DNA of 64,000 nucleotides from Eledone cirrhosa (GCA_964016885.1 OZ024743.1:367598001-367662000), one strand, 5' to 3'; numbered from the stretch's first letter, positions 11,198 to 23,312 are shown. Numbers and translations are program-made. The notes: generated by a model from the letters alone, not told the origin.

Positions 11198-12003
11198 TGT
11201 CCCGGAAAAATGTATACACACTTTGATTACCTGTACAACCAATATATATATTAGAATGGTGTATACATTTTTCAGGACCCAGGTATATATATGGTTTCCC
11301 CGAAAAATGTATACACACTTTGATTGCCTGTACAGGCAATATATATATTAGAATGGTGTATGCATTTTTAAGGACACCGGTATCATCATCATCATCATCA
11401 ACGTTTAACGTCCGTGTTCCACGCTTGCATGGGTTTGGACGGGGGTAGTCCCACTTGAGGCAAGAGTGATTGTCTTGCTCGCATAGGACTGTCTGGCAGG
11501 TTTTCTACAGTTGGATGCCCTTCCTAACACCAACCACATTTACAGTGTGAGGCTGGGAGGTTTTTACCGTGTTGCCTACACGGCCACATTACAGCGTGGA
11601 CTGTGTTTTTTTTTTGTCGTGACACCTACACGATCTCATTTGTTTCGGCCTTGATGGTGTGGCACCAACATAACTTTACATAGAAGGGGGCGGTGTGGAT
11701 AGGGGGGGGGGGGATGGGACGGGGGTGTATTTTGTTAGAGATGCCTACTGACTGTAGTAGGTTTTACTATGTATTTAGGTAAGGCGGGTCTTCTCTATTA
11801 CTGAGTACCGCCAAAGGTCTCGGTCCAGTGACATTGTCTTGGAGAGGTGTAAGTGTGTATATATATATATATGGTGTCCTGGAAAAATGTATACACACTT
11901 TGATTACCTGTACAGGCAATATATATATATTAGAATGGTGTATATATTTTTAGGGACACCGGTATATATATATATATATGGTGTCCCGGAAAAATGTATA
12001 CAC
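10844..12003. repeat. Tandem array of ~90-bp Tc1/mariner-type MITE units separated by (TA)n
   Basis: The unit GGTGTCCCGAAAAATGTATACAC...GTGTATACATTTTTAGGGACCCCGG has ~25-bp TIRs and TA flanks. There are six complete units and one partial, interrupted at 11383-11856. Confidence 0.85.
11383..11856 (-). mobile_element. 5'-truncated copy of RTE family A (3' UTR plus last codons)
   Basis: Closely similar to 16293-16768, with a (GAT)n tail. Confidence 0.93.
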
Positions 12004-12289
12004 AACGGGTCACGAGTAGTCTAGTATTTCATAAATTTTTACCAATAGAGAAAGAGCCAGTTGCTAACATAGACACAAGACACTTTCATTGGAAGACAAC
12101 ATCAACTAGATAAATATGTCTGCATGTCTGCATATGTGGGTATATGCGCATGTGTGTGTATGCAAGTATGGGTGTTATTGTATGTGCGGATCTGTATGCT
12201 TTCAGTTATAAGTATACACATGTATATGTTTTGTATTTATACATGTGGATATGTAGTTATTAAGTGCAGAATTTTGGGAATGTTTTACA

Positions 12290-13528
12290 TATTTTTACAG
12301 TTCCATTAATGGATTGTACTTGTAATTTCCTAATTAGTCGTGTTCTTTCTGTTTATGTGAAACCCAGCTTATTAAGATTTGTACTGCGGCAGTTCGTAAC
12401 ATATCCCAGAGCCCCAATGATCACAGATATAAATCTGAAGATATAGTATGGTGGAGTATCTGCAAATTCCTCATTAGTTCTGCATAGATATTCTCCATTT
12501 TGTTAATCTTTAATATATTGGCATCTACTGTGCAGCTGACTTCCACTACTATGCATGCTTAATCTGTTGTGCTTGCATTTTATTGGGTTTTTGACTGGAA
12601 CATTACACCAATACTCTTTCATATTACGTATATGTATGTCTTCCACATTGCTGTAACTTTTAATATGTTTATTGTCAGAATTACCTTTTCTATGGATTGC
12701 ATTGTACAGTGTTTTGGCCACTACATCATACCTCATGTGTAGATAGTACCCTGATAACATCTTTGGACAGTTGTTTATGACATGGGTGACATCGATGTTA
12801 ATTCTGCAGAGCCTGCATTTGTTGTCACATCTAGGTGTTTTGCCTGCATCTCTATCTCTTTTGTGAGTCAGGTATTTTGTATTGATTTCCTGTTTTTAGA
12901 TTGCAGATTACTTTGCTTATCTATACTACTCTGACTCTGGAGCCTCATGACAACATATCCATGCATGATTTTTTGCTGATAAGCATGCAGTTTTTCAGCC
13001 ATAGATTCACTGCAGTATTGCTGTGAATTTTTTAATATCATGCAGGAGTATTTCTCAAAGAACTCCTTCCCAACTCTCAAGATCTTATCTGTCTCATGTA
13101 GACAGACTTGTTCATTTGATGGGCTCCTACACTTGGTGGTTCATAAATGTTGTGTCGGAGAGATATGATGTGACACTCAAATGTTGTCTGGACTGATGTT
13201 AGGCCTCTGCCTCTATGTTTCAGCTAGAGACGGTATTTGTCACTTTTTTGGTGTTGTTTAGGATTTTTTGGGTTTTAACCTTGATAGCTCGGATTTCATC
13301 TATCATCCAATTGAGTATTCCATATGTTGGTGTTAGGACAGGCACAGCAAACATATTGTGAGCCACTGTTTTATTGTGCGCAGAGATTTCAAATGACCTT
13401 ATTTTTCTTAATTGGGCATAATATTCCCTGGTTATGCATTCCTTGTTACAGATATCATAATAGGGTATATTATCATCTATCCCTAAATATCTGTAGCAGT
13501 CCTTGTCAGATATTGGTGAAACAGTTAA
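12290..13528 (-). mobile_element. Degenerate R4/Dong-like non-LTR retrotransposon (RT thumb, zinc knuckle, restriction-like endonuclease)
   Basis: YRYLGI..REYYAQLRKI..AHNK..FAVPVLTPTYGILNW, followed by CRLC..HVI..CP..YYLHMRYDVVAK and KCKHNR, then RLE-like remnants. Confidence 0.8.
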
Positions 13529-14302
13529 GATTTTGAAATGCTCTGCTGTGTTGATTTTAAGACCCACTTCAATAAAATGAGGAGGCAGCAATTCCCCATC
13601 ACTTGCAACAGCTCCAAATACCATAATGGAATCCAGATTCTTGCTATGCATAGCTGAAGGAACTTGTACCCAATCACTCATTAGTTTTGATGGTTTGCAA
13701 CTTTGTCTACCACAAACTTCTTTTTATCCATTAAAATACAGACGTCTTCACCATGATGTTTCAGATGATTAAGACGTTTGGGACTTCTTTCATCTCGAAT
13801 GGCTTTGTAGCAGGCAGTTAGGATGTTATAGTGTCTCCTCCCATATGATTTCATATGGAGATCTTGTTTCAGCTCTAGAAATGGTCATTTTACTGATTCT
13901 TTGATCTTGAGCCAACTTCGCCATCAATTTTGATGATTTTGACTCAATCGATCTTTTAAGTCCTGCTAAGAAGTGAGATGTGCATTTTCAGTCACTGCGA
14001 GGACTGCGAGGCTTTCTCTGAACATCCTGACTTTTCTTCAAATTGGCTACACCTCTAAAAACACTAGATTTGGCATACTTTGTGGTCACTAACAATCTCC
14101 ACAGCACTTTTGCCAGCATGGAATAATTCAGCAATTACACTTCTATGGTATAGTTCTTTATTAACATACTATTTTTTATTCAAATTGAACAAATCATGAA
14201 TAAGTGATTATTCAAGCTGGTAATATTTAAAATTTAGACTCCAACAAAATCTATACAATTAGAAATATACCCATTTGAAACTTCTCCCAATTTGCCTGTT
14301 AC

Positions 14303-14308
<6 letters not shown>
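13529..14308 (-). mobile_element. Degenerate Tc1/mariner-superfamily (maT/DD37D-like) DNA transposon, 5' part
   Basis: IMVFGAVASDGELLPPHFIEVGLKINT is homologous to the 23313 transposase. The terminal TAGGGTG (TIR-like) abuts (TA)n at 14309. Confidence 0.75.
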
Positions 14309-14338
<30 letters not shown>

Positions 14339-14379
14339 CAAAACATAAGTCAATTGTCTGAACTCATAATCCTTTATTT

Positions 14380-14435
14380 ACTGCTATATATATTTTGATG
14401 ATAGCCATTGAATGGCTATGACCTCATCAGGCAGT
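14380..14435 (-). ncRNA. Hammerhead motif with G12A substitution (probably inactive)
   Basis: The reverse complement reads actgc-CTGATGA-ggtcatagcca ttcaa tggctatcatc-AAAA-TATATA-TA-gcagt. Confidence 0.65.
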
Positions 14436-15353
14436 TAGTCAGTTCTTAGTTATGCCAGCTCTGTGTGTATAGCGTTGATGGTATCAGAGCCTTGGGACAT
14501 ATGAGCTTGTTAGGAATACTTTGATGTTGTCAGCAGGAATAGTCTTGATTCTCATTGGTCAGTTTGTAGATGGTAGTAGGTTGGTATTTGACCTCAAAGA
14601 GGCAGGTAGTTCTGCAAGGTTCAAACCGTCAGGCAAGATGACAATAGTTCCACATGACTGATTTTCACAAAAGGCATATATATATGTATATATATATGCC
14701 AGCAGTGCTTACTGCTATAACTCACAACCGGCGCGGCACTGAGAACGGATACCTGTTGAGAAAGTGAAGCCTCTGTTCGATCATCCAAAACCAATAACTT
14801 GCATGCCCCGCAAGTGGATTTTGTTAATTTCGGATTCACAGAAACCTAGCGGAGATATTGCATAATATCGACGGGATGGTCCAGGTTTCTCAAATTATCC
14901 TGAGTCAGTTTTCTCGTTGCTTTGGTCCCTGCAGCTGGCTTACCAGTCGCAATCTTCAATTTGCAAAGCTGTCTAAATGTAATGTTATTACTCTAAGATT
15001 AAATACCTTATTGAGTGCTTAGCTGCACATTCTGATTGTATTCATTAGCTTAGCTGTGGCCAGAGCTTCGATTGTGCTGAACTTAAGCACCAAAGAGTCA
15101 ATATGCTTTTAAACTGACACATGTTTCAGGTGATAGAGCTTCATCCCAAAGATGGGAAATTACAAAATTAGAAATTTGAAAAATTCTTTAAGTAAATTTC
15201 TTTTCTCAAAAATTATTATTTAAATTTCTTTATGGAAACATGTGTTAGTTTTAAACCATATTGACTCTTTAGTGCTTCTTAATCTTTATATATCAGCTCT
15301 GCGTGAACCCCATTGCATTGAGCTTTAAAATAATAACAACACTGTTATTATTA

Positions 15354-15390
<37 letters not shown>

Positions 15391-15397
<7 letters not shown>

Positions 15398-15727
15398 TAA
15401 ACGGAAAAGAAAATGCTGACAAATTGTTCACAGTGAAAAATATTTTTATTAGGAATAAGTAAAAATTAGTAATAGTATTGGTTAGTATTCAGTTTTGGTT
15501 TTAAGTTTTACCGGTTGCGCATTTCTAATGCTTTTCAAAATAATTTTGAAAAGCATTAGAAATGCGCAACCGGTAAAACTTAAAACCAAAACTGAATACT
15601 AACCAATACTATTACTAATTTTTACTTATTTCTAATAAAAATATTTTTCACTGTGAACAATTTGTCAGCATTTTCTTTTCCGTTTACCAATATATCATAA
15701 CACGTGTGTTACACCTCTATTCTTTTA
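15391..15727 (+). mobile_element. Near-perfect palindrome (~150-bp arms, no spacer) of the 1717-2570 family, plus one-sided tail
   Basis: The centre is CAAAAT-A-ATTTTG at ~15542. The tail at 15695-15727 matches 2539-2570. Confidence 0.85.
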
Positions 15728-16292
15728 AATATATATATATATATATTTGTATGTGTGTGGATGTGTATGTTTATGTGTAATCATTTGAAGCTGGTGAATC
15801 ACTGTTGCTTGTTCAAATTGAGCTAGATATGTAACATGTAAATGTTACATATCTAGCTGAAAATGAAAAATGTAGCCCAAGTGATGTGCAACAGTGGTTA
15901 GACAATATAGATATAGACCAATGTATGCAGGGAGGTGAATGTGTAATAAATATTAGAAAAAAATGTATTGTGTGCTATCAACAGGGGGCTCCCATGGAAA
16001 AAGAGCTTGATGTTGATGTGGTGAGAAGTGATGAATCAGATCTCAACATATTGAATATCACAGAAGAGATGACAAAAGACTAGAATGATCACAATATACT
16101 GTATCAGTACCTGTCAAACTCATGGCACCATAGTAAACTAGAGTGAAAACATTGATGAGGGTAGTGGTGATGCTGATGATATATGTATGTGTGTGTGTGT
16201 TTATATATACAGAAAACTGATATATGTATGCATGTGTGTGTGTATATATATGGAAGATGGATGTTAAATGATGATGAAGATGATGATATATA

Positions 16293-19200
16293 TCATCATC
16301 ATCATCATCATCAACGTTTAACGTCCGTGTTCCACGCTTGCATGGGTTTGGACGGGGGTAGTCCCACTTGAGGCAAGAGTGATTGTCTTGCTCGCATAGG
16401 ACTGTCTGGCAGGTTTTCTACAGTTGGATGCCCTTCCTAACACCAACCACATTTACAGTGTGGGTCTGGGAGGTTTTTACCGTGTTGCCTACACGGCCAC
16501 ATTACAGCGTGGACTGTGTGTTTTTTTGTCGTGACACCTACACAATCTCATTTGTTTCGGCCTCGATGGCGCGGCACCAACATAACTTTACATAGAACGG
16601 GGTGGTGTGGATGGGGTGGGGGTGGTGGGACGGGGTGTATTTTGTTAGAGATGCCTACTGGCTGGAGTAGGTTTTACTATATATTTAGGTAAGGCGGGTC
16701 TTCTCTGTTACTGAGTACCGCCAAAGGTCTCGGTCCAGTGACATTGTCTTGGAGAGGTGTAAGTGTGTGATGTCGGAGTTTATCAGCTCGTCCCAGGTTT
16801 TTCTAGGTCTGCCTATTCCGTGACTACCGTCTATCTTTATTGCCCTGCACTTTGTTATACAGCTATCGACTTTCATGCGCATCACGTGTCCATACCAACG
16901 TAGCCTTCTCTCGAGTAAACAACATCTGATCCCTCTTATCTCTAATTTTTTCCTTACTTCGTTTATGCTTTGCCGTTCACGTATATTACTGTTACACATC
17001 CAGCGGAGCATGCAAGCTTCGTTCCTCTTTAGTCTGCGTATATCCTCTGCACACAATGCCCAGGTCTCACTGCCATGCAGCATTGCTGTTCGTATGCAGG
17101 CATCGTACAACCTGCCTTTCATTTTTAGGGAGAACCCTTTAGCAGCTAATAGTGGTATAAGCTCTCTGAACTTTTTCCAACCAGTTCTGACTCTAGCTAC
17201 AGTACTTTCAGAGCACCCTCCCCCACTGCTGATTTTATCGCCCAGGTAACGGAAGCTGTCCACTATTTCTATAGAACCCTCTGCGCAATTGAAAGAGCTA
17301 GTATTTTGTGGGCACTTGCTGCTACTTATTGCACCAGAGCACCGGCCACATGTAAAATCTATGTTCTTAGTTAGCTTACCTGTGATCCCACTACATCTTT
17401 TATGCACCCATACTTTGCATTTAGGACATAAAATGGAGTTTCTACCTACGCCTTTCCTACACACCGAGCACGACCATTTCCCAGAAGGGACTGCTGCCTT
17501 GTTTTCTTTCCTACAAACTAGTACTTTGGTCTTAGCCAGGTTAATTTTAAGTCCTTTTGACTCTAGGCCGTGCTTCCATGTTTGGAATTTCTTCTCTAGC
17601 TCGGCCATTGATTCCGCTATGAGTGTCAGGTCGTCTGCGTATAGGAGTTCCCATGGGCAGCCTGTCTTGAACTCCTCTGTTATAGCCTGAAGGGCAATAA
17701 TAAATAGTAGTGGGCTGAGAACAGAGCCCTGATGGACGCCAACTTTTACGCTAAACTCTTCACTATATTCGTTGTTAATTCTAACCTTGCTGACTGTTTC
17801 TTTATACATGGCTTGTATAGCCCTCACAAGCCATTCGTCAACGCCTAGTTTTCTAAGAGCCCACCAGATAATGGAGCGGGGGACTCTGTCGAAGGCTTTC
17901 TCCAAGTCGACAAAAGCTAAGTAGAGGGGTTTACCTTTAGCTAGGTACTTCTCCTGTAGTTGTCGTACTATGAAAAGAGCGTCTGTGGTACTTTTGCCTG
18001 ACACAAACCCGAACTGCATTTCATCTAGGTCAATTCTCTCTCTGATTAGTTGCGCTATTACTTTTTCCGTGACCTTCATGACCTGGTCGATTAATTTAAT
18101 GCCTCTATAGTTACTCCTATCTAGGGCGTCTCCTTTACCCTTATAACAGTTAACGATGATGCTGCTATGCCAGTCCTTCGGAACAACCCCATTCTGTACG
18201 ACTTGGTTAACTATGCGGGTGACCATGGTGTGTCCCACCGTGCCAGATGCCTTCAGCATCTCAGCAACTATTTCCGAAGGCCCAGCCGCCTTACCCGTCT
18301 TCATATCCTTGATTGCCTTACTTATTATACTCCCCTCGACTAACACTGCTGGTCCCTCTATTGGGTCGATATGGGGGAGACTGTCTTTCTCCCATTTATT
18401 CTCCTCATTTAGTAGCCTTTCATAGTGACACTTCCAAGCTACCTTCTTATCAGCGTCGGTGATGGCAAGTGTGCCATCGTCGTTTAGTACACACTTCTCC
18501 CCGACAATATCACGGTTTTCCTTGACGCATTGCCTAGCAATCCTGAACACCTCACGTTTTTGGTCATCGCGTTGTAGAACATGCTTGAACTTTCTTTCCT
18601 CAGCTTCCCTTCTTGCTAAGTACACTTGTCTCCTAGCTTCCCTCCTGGCCACTTGATAGTCTTCTCTACTTCCCCCATCCCGCCATACTTTCCAAGCCTG
18701 CTTTTTGGCCTTAATTGACCCCTCCACCTTACTGTTCCACCACCATGTTACTCTCCTCCTGCCTACAGGCCTGCTCCAGCCACAGACTTCGTCTGTCGCC
18801 AACAGCAGGTTTGCTTTCAGAAATTCCCACTCTCCCTCTATATTGTCCGACTCTAAATGTTCTTCCTTACTGTCGAAAGCATCAAGTAATATGCTTTGAA
18901 ATTTATTCCTGGCTGTGGGGTCCTTTAGCTTCCATATTTTTCTCCTGAGGATAGTCCTCTTCTGCTGTCGAGTACGTCTCGTCCTGACTATGAGGTCGCT
19001 AATTATCAGTCTATGTTGGGAGGTGCATTCTTCATGGGGGAGGGATTTAGTGTTTACAACAGACACTCTGTCACGTCTTCTGGTAAGGATATAATCTACC
19101 TGGCTTGTGTGTTCCCCGGATCTATAGGTGATCAGGTGATTGTCACGTTTTTTGAAGTTAGTGTTACAGATAGTTAGGTTATTTGCATCACAGAATTCCA

Positions 19201-19412
19201 GGATTCTGGAGCCTTCCTCATTTCTAGTACCAAACCCATAGCCTCCATGGATTTCGTCGTAGCCGTCACAATGTTGTCCAACGTGGCCATTTAGGTCGCC
19301 TGTGATAATTATATAGTCACTGTCAGATATTTGGGAGGTAGTTAGCATCAGTGTCTCATAGAATCTGTCTTTTATAGTGCCGGGCAGTCCGGATTGGGGT
19401 GCGTACGCAGAT
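16293..19412 (-). mobile_element. RTE-clade LINE family A, young, 5'-truncated within the APE endonuclease
   Basis: An open frame of more than 887 aa starts at ISAYAPQ, followed by a ~390-nt 3' UTR and a (GAT)n tail. It is inserted in (TA)n. Confidence 0.97.
16685..19348 (-). CDS. RTE ORF: APE C-terminal half, reverse transcriptase, PHD-like finger, thumb (N-terminus missing)
   Basis: APE motifs GDLNGHVG, SQVDYIL and SQHRL; RT motifs NYRGIKL, QFGF, FVDLEKAFDRV, GVHQGSVLSPLLF and YADD; CSVC..CPKC..VHKRC..CGRC; FRYLG. Confidence 0.93.
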   Translation of the reverse strand: MLTTSQISDSDYIIITGDLNGHVGQHCDGYDEIHGGYGFGTRNEEGSRILEFCDANNLTICNTNFKKRDNHLITYRSGEHTSQVDYILTRRRDRVSVVNTKSLPHEECTSQHRLIISDLIVRTRRTRQQKRTILRRKIWKLKDPTARNKFQSILLDAFDSKEEHLESDNIEGEWEFLKANLLLATDEVCGWSRPVGRRRVTWWWNSKVEGSIKAKKQAWKVWRDGGSREDYQVARREARRQVYLARREAEERKFKHVLQRDDQKREVFRIARQCVKENRDIVGEKCVLNDDGTLAITDADKKVAWKCHYERLLNEENKWEKDSLPHIDPIEGPAVLVEGSIISKAIKDMKTGKAAGPSEIVAEMLKASGTVGHTMVTRIVNQVVQNGVVPKDWHSSIIVNCYKGKGDALDRSNYRGIKLIDQVMKVTEKVIAQLIRERIDLDEMQFGFVSGKSTTDALFIVRQLQEKYLAKGKPLYLAFVDLEKAFDRVPRSIIWWALRKLGVDEWLVRAIQAMYKETVSKVRINNEYSEEFSVKVGVHQGSVLSPLLFIIALQAITEEFKTGCPWELLYADDLTLIAESMAELEKKFQTWKHGLESKGLKINLAKTKVLVCRKENKAAVPSGKWSCSVCRKGVGRNSILCPKCKVWVHKRCSGITGKLTKNIDFTCGRCSGAISSSKCPQNTSSFNCAEGSIEIVDSFRYLGDKISSGGGCSESTVARVRTGWKKFRELIPLLAAKGFSLKMKGRLYDACIRTAMLHGSETWALCAEDIRRLKRNEACMLRWMCNSNIRERQSINEVRKKLEIRGIRCCLLERRLRWYGHVMRMKVDSCITKCRAIKIDGSHGIGRPRKTWDELINSDITHLHLSKTMSLDRDLWRYSVTEKTRLT

Positions 19413-19445
<33 letters not shown>

Positions 19446-19456
19446 TATATATATAA

Positions 19457-19487
<31 letters not shown>

Positions 19488-21309
19488 AATATAAAATTAA
19501 CTGCTAACATATGTCTGAATAAAAGACATATTTCAACAGTCAGTTATAAACAATAGCAAATATAATAAATTAACTAGAAATTTTGAAGTTAGTGCATGCT
19601 TACACATGTTTATTATCAATGACATGTGTCATGTGAATTAACAAACATAAACATTCAAATGTCTTGTGTGTCAGATAAGGAAACAGTTTCAAATACAGGC
19701 ATTAACAAATATTTCTAATCTATATTGACACTTGCACTCACTTTTAACAATACTATTTTACAAAAAGTATCCCATTTTTTTTTTTTACTTTTTAATATAT
19801 AAACCAGCGAATCTGTAAATACTACATAGCAACAGCTCAGATATTAATGTAAAAAGATGAGAAAACAGCATTTAATCTGCAATTTGATTTACTATTAATT
19901 GTTATTGGAAGTCTTTGAGAAAGCAAAAGAGTATTTAGCAGTTAATATGACATGCTATAAAAATATTAAACTTTAAATTAATTAAGGAGCATTTATATAG
20001 TTGATTCACAATAATTAGTAGATGAATCCCCTTCAAATTACACCATACCATCTTCAAAATAGGAAGACTGCCACTCATAATTTCCTTAAACTATTTGTTT
20101 CTAGTCAGGGTATCCAATATAGCTCTGCTAGGTGAACACATGGTATATCTGAAACAATACATAGTTTCTTGACTGATTGTCTATGATTTATGTTCTATAG
20201 ATCTGTTCAATCAGAGATGACCTGGGGCTAAATAATTACAACATCATATTTCCATTTCAACCTTTAGCTAAACATCACATAGCTAAAGATTTAATCAGTA
20301 TTCTCTACTACCTAACAACATGATAAGGTTTATGCCTGCTCATCACTCACCCATATCTAATTATGGCATATTAGTTATTCCTGGCTATTGGAACATGAGT
20401 ATCTAGTGACAGAAGCTAATCAAAATTTGATTACTCTTCTGGATAAATGAATAGCTGTTTGGCACCAGCAATAAAACATGTAAATAATTCCTTTGAATTT
20501 AGTACTGCATTATAATGCATGTATTATCAATCCTTCTTCATTAATGAAGAATCCTAACAGACAGTCTTTCATATACTAAATTATATGAAACCTATTAGTA
20601 ACACTTTCATTATAATAGTATTAGATAGCATTGCAGCTAAAGTAGTGTATGAACTGAAGACATTAAGAATATTTATTAAATAAATACTTTAAGCTATGAT
20701 GAAAATCGATTAGCTATTGATGGACAATTCTTAGATGGTAGATGGAAGACAGTGTCTTTGTAACGATGTCACATTAGCCTCGTGATTTAACTGAGTTAGT
20801 TGTAATAACATTTGAAATATACTAAAAAGAATTAACTATGTAGAGACCCAATATATATTTTAACTGTTTCATTTCACAGATAAATTTTTTCTCTGAAGAG
20901 AATATAAATATTTTCAACATCTTTATATCCTTGTATCCATATGCACAAGCATATGCATGTGCACATATAGAGAAGTTCGAGATAACAGGTAGATACTAAA
21001 ACTGAAAAAAAAAGTTATTGAAAAATAAAAAAAGAATGTATTCTTTTTATTTTTTTAATACAATCCAACTCCAATTGGTGACTTAATAATGCATAACATC
21101 ATAAAAGAAGCATACAAGGAAATAGAAGTAGCAGTTAATTCTCAATGAAAAGATTTATTTGAAGAATGAACAGAATTTGATATCAGATGTATCATTAATT
21201 TGTATTAATATGGATATGGGAATAGAAAGATGATGACATACTGTATAAGAAAAATGTGAATTGTATAGATCAATATAACTGTTAGATTTAACAAGAGAGT
21301 TTTATTGAA

Positions 21310-21630
21310 GTTGATGTATTCCTGAGTTTTATATCAAATAATAATATTTGATTCGTTTGCAAGCAAACAGCTTCATTATGTATGTGTTTTAGATGATCAT
21401 CACCATCATTTTATTCTAGTAGTGATAGAGAGAAACAATCGACAATAATATTGTTTCTGAGTTATTGCTCTTTGTCAAAATTGTGTTTCTCTCTATCACC
21501 GCTAGAACAAAAGGTGATGGTCATCCAAAACATATAACATAGTGAGGCTGTTTGTTTGCAAACGAATCGAATATCATTATTATTCAATATAAAACTCAGT
21601 AATGCATTAACGTATCCCCACTATGTTAGA
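21310..21630. repeat. Older, diverged inverted repeat (~135-bp arms)
   Basis: 21320-21445 is the reverse complement of ~21472-21600 (CTGAGTTTTATAT..GATTCGTTTGCAAGCAAACAGC versus GCTGTTTGTTTGCAAACGAATC..ATATAAAACTCAG). Confidence 0.75.
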
Positions 21631-23257
21631 AAAAAAAACTAAATTCTAATTTTATTGAAGTTGTTTTACTAGAAAAAAAATCTTTGTTTTTTTAATTTTA
21701 AATAAGAAGATATTCTTTCCTCTTCATTCATAATGCCATAAGTTTAGTTCCATACTATTCTACAAATGTCTTATCAATCTCATAAATTTGTTTTATCTCA
21801 AATAGTTTTTCCCCTGGTTCATTTGACACAATAGAAGTGGTTCAATAAATTGTAAAAATGTTGTTCAGAATTATTTCAGAAAACTTACTTAAAACACAAG
21901 TTTATTGCAACCCTTTAGCTTTGTTCTTATATCTGATGGCAATTTATTAGTTTGAGCTAATGTGTAAAGAAAACAGCCATCCTCCTGATGCAATAAGACT
22001 GGCCTCACCTCAACAGTTTAAAGTGATTGCCTCAGCTAGTCTATGCAATGAGGTAGAAGCAGCCATTAAATCATACAACAAAGTCTTAGTATTATTTGAA
22101 AATCTATGAAATAGATTTGTGCAGTATTTTTAGTGGAAGTAAAAATCACACAGAAGACAGTGTTGAGTAATAAAGAGGGAGATCTAATTTATTACTTAGT
22201 AGTTTTTAAACAAAGGCATTAGCACAAAAAAAGCAGAAACACAACTGAAAGATATTTTATTTATAATAAAATGTGAATGATTAATATTATTTGAATTATT
22301 TAAGAGAAAATGAGGACCCTGATCATGAGCAAAATAATTAGATATACATCCTCAATGGGATTTCTCTTTTGGCTCAGTTTCTTGAAAGGTAAAACCACGC
22401 TCTAGGGAAAAACTTTCATAGACTTGCCTCTTGAGGGTAGGCCAACCATGTGGAGGAAGAGCAGAAGAAGCCACAATATAATCTTGAAGGCGATGACACA
22501 AAACCAAAATGACTAGTGATGTGTTATAATGCAAAAGACCCATCCACCAGTACTGCGACACTAAATGTGGCAAGAGACTGGAAGCTACAGTGTTTGGCAA
22601 TCAAAATCGAATGGTGACATTATAGGGCTTGAGAGGACTCTTCAGTCTAGCCTATCATGTGACAACCTCTCTAGATTTAGTGCTACAATAAAATGTACCA
22701 GTCCACTCTGTAATGTGCTGGTGTTATGAAAAATGCACCCAGCCCATTCTGAAGGGTGATTGGCATTAAGAAAGGCATCCAACTGTAGAAACCATGCTAA
22801 ATATGGAACATAATAAGCAAGACTGGTCACTTCAATATGTCAGATCTTGAACCATGACAAGCTGTTCAACTCATGTTAGCATGGAAAAGGGACATAAAAT
22901 TATTATTGTTATTATTATTAACATTCTCTCCATCCTCAGGTCCAAAGAGAAGGAAAAGAACACGCAGTCTTACCTGGCACGCTATATGCAGTTGATGTTC
23001 AACTGGCACTTTGGTATGAAGGAGTTTATAGGAGCAACATGGATAGGGAGATTCAGGGGTAGGCAGTTCTGATGTGGAAATATTAGGGTTATGTGTGTGT
23101 GAATGTGTGTGTGTTGTGTGTTTCTGTGTGAGAGGGGCATAAACTACTGGGCAGAAATAAGGAAGGTTAATTATATATAGATATATATATATATATATAT
23201 ATGAAATCCTTTTCTCGCGTGAGAGGGGCATAAACTACTGGGCAGAAACAAGGAAGG

Positions 23258-23312
<55 letters not shown>

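Noticed and set aside
10844-12003. CRISPR-like look of palindromic repeats with spacers
   Set aside because: The context is eukaryotic, the spacers are only (TA)n, and there are no cas genes.
13220-13681. 153-aa ORF fusing a transposase to an R4-like RT thumb
   Set aside because: It is a chance in-frame junction of two decayed elements, both broken by stops on either side. The same applies to 32120-32449 and 50362-50826.
19742-19812. Possible minus-strand exon (tttacag..AAA|gtgagt) in a phase compatible with the TMEM245 exon
   Set aside because: The peptide crosses a 12-A run and has no convincing TMEM245 similarity. RNA-seq would be needed.
22974-23068. Possible minus-strand exon with good splice sites (catcag / CAG|gtaaga)
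   Set aside because: There is no recognisable TMEM245 similarity. The + strand reads KRRKRTRSLTW, like the Naiad RT-EN linker, so a PLE remnant is more likely.
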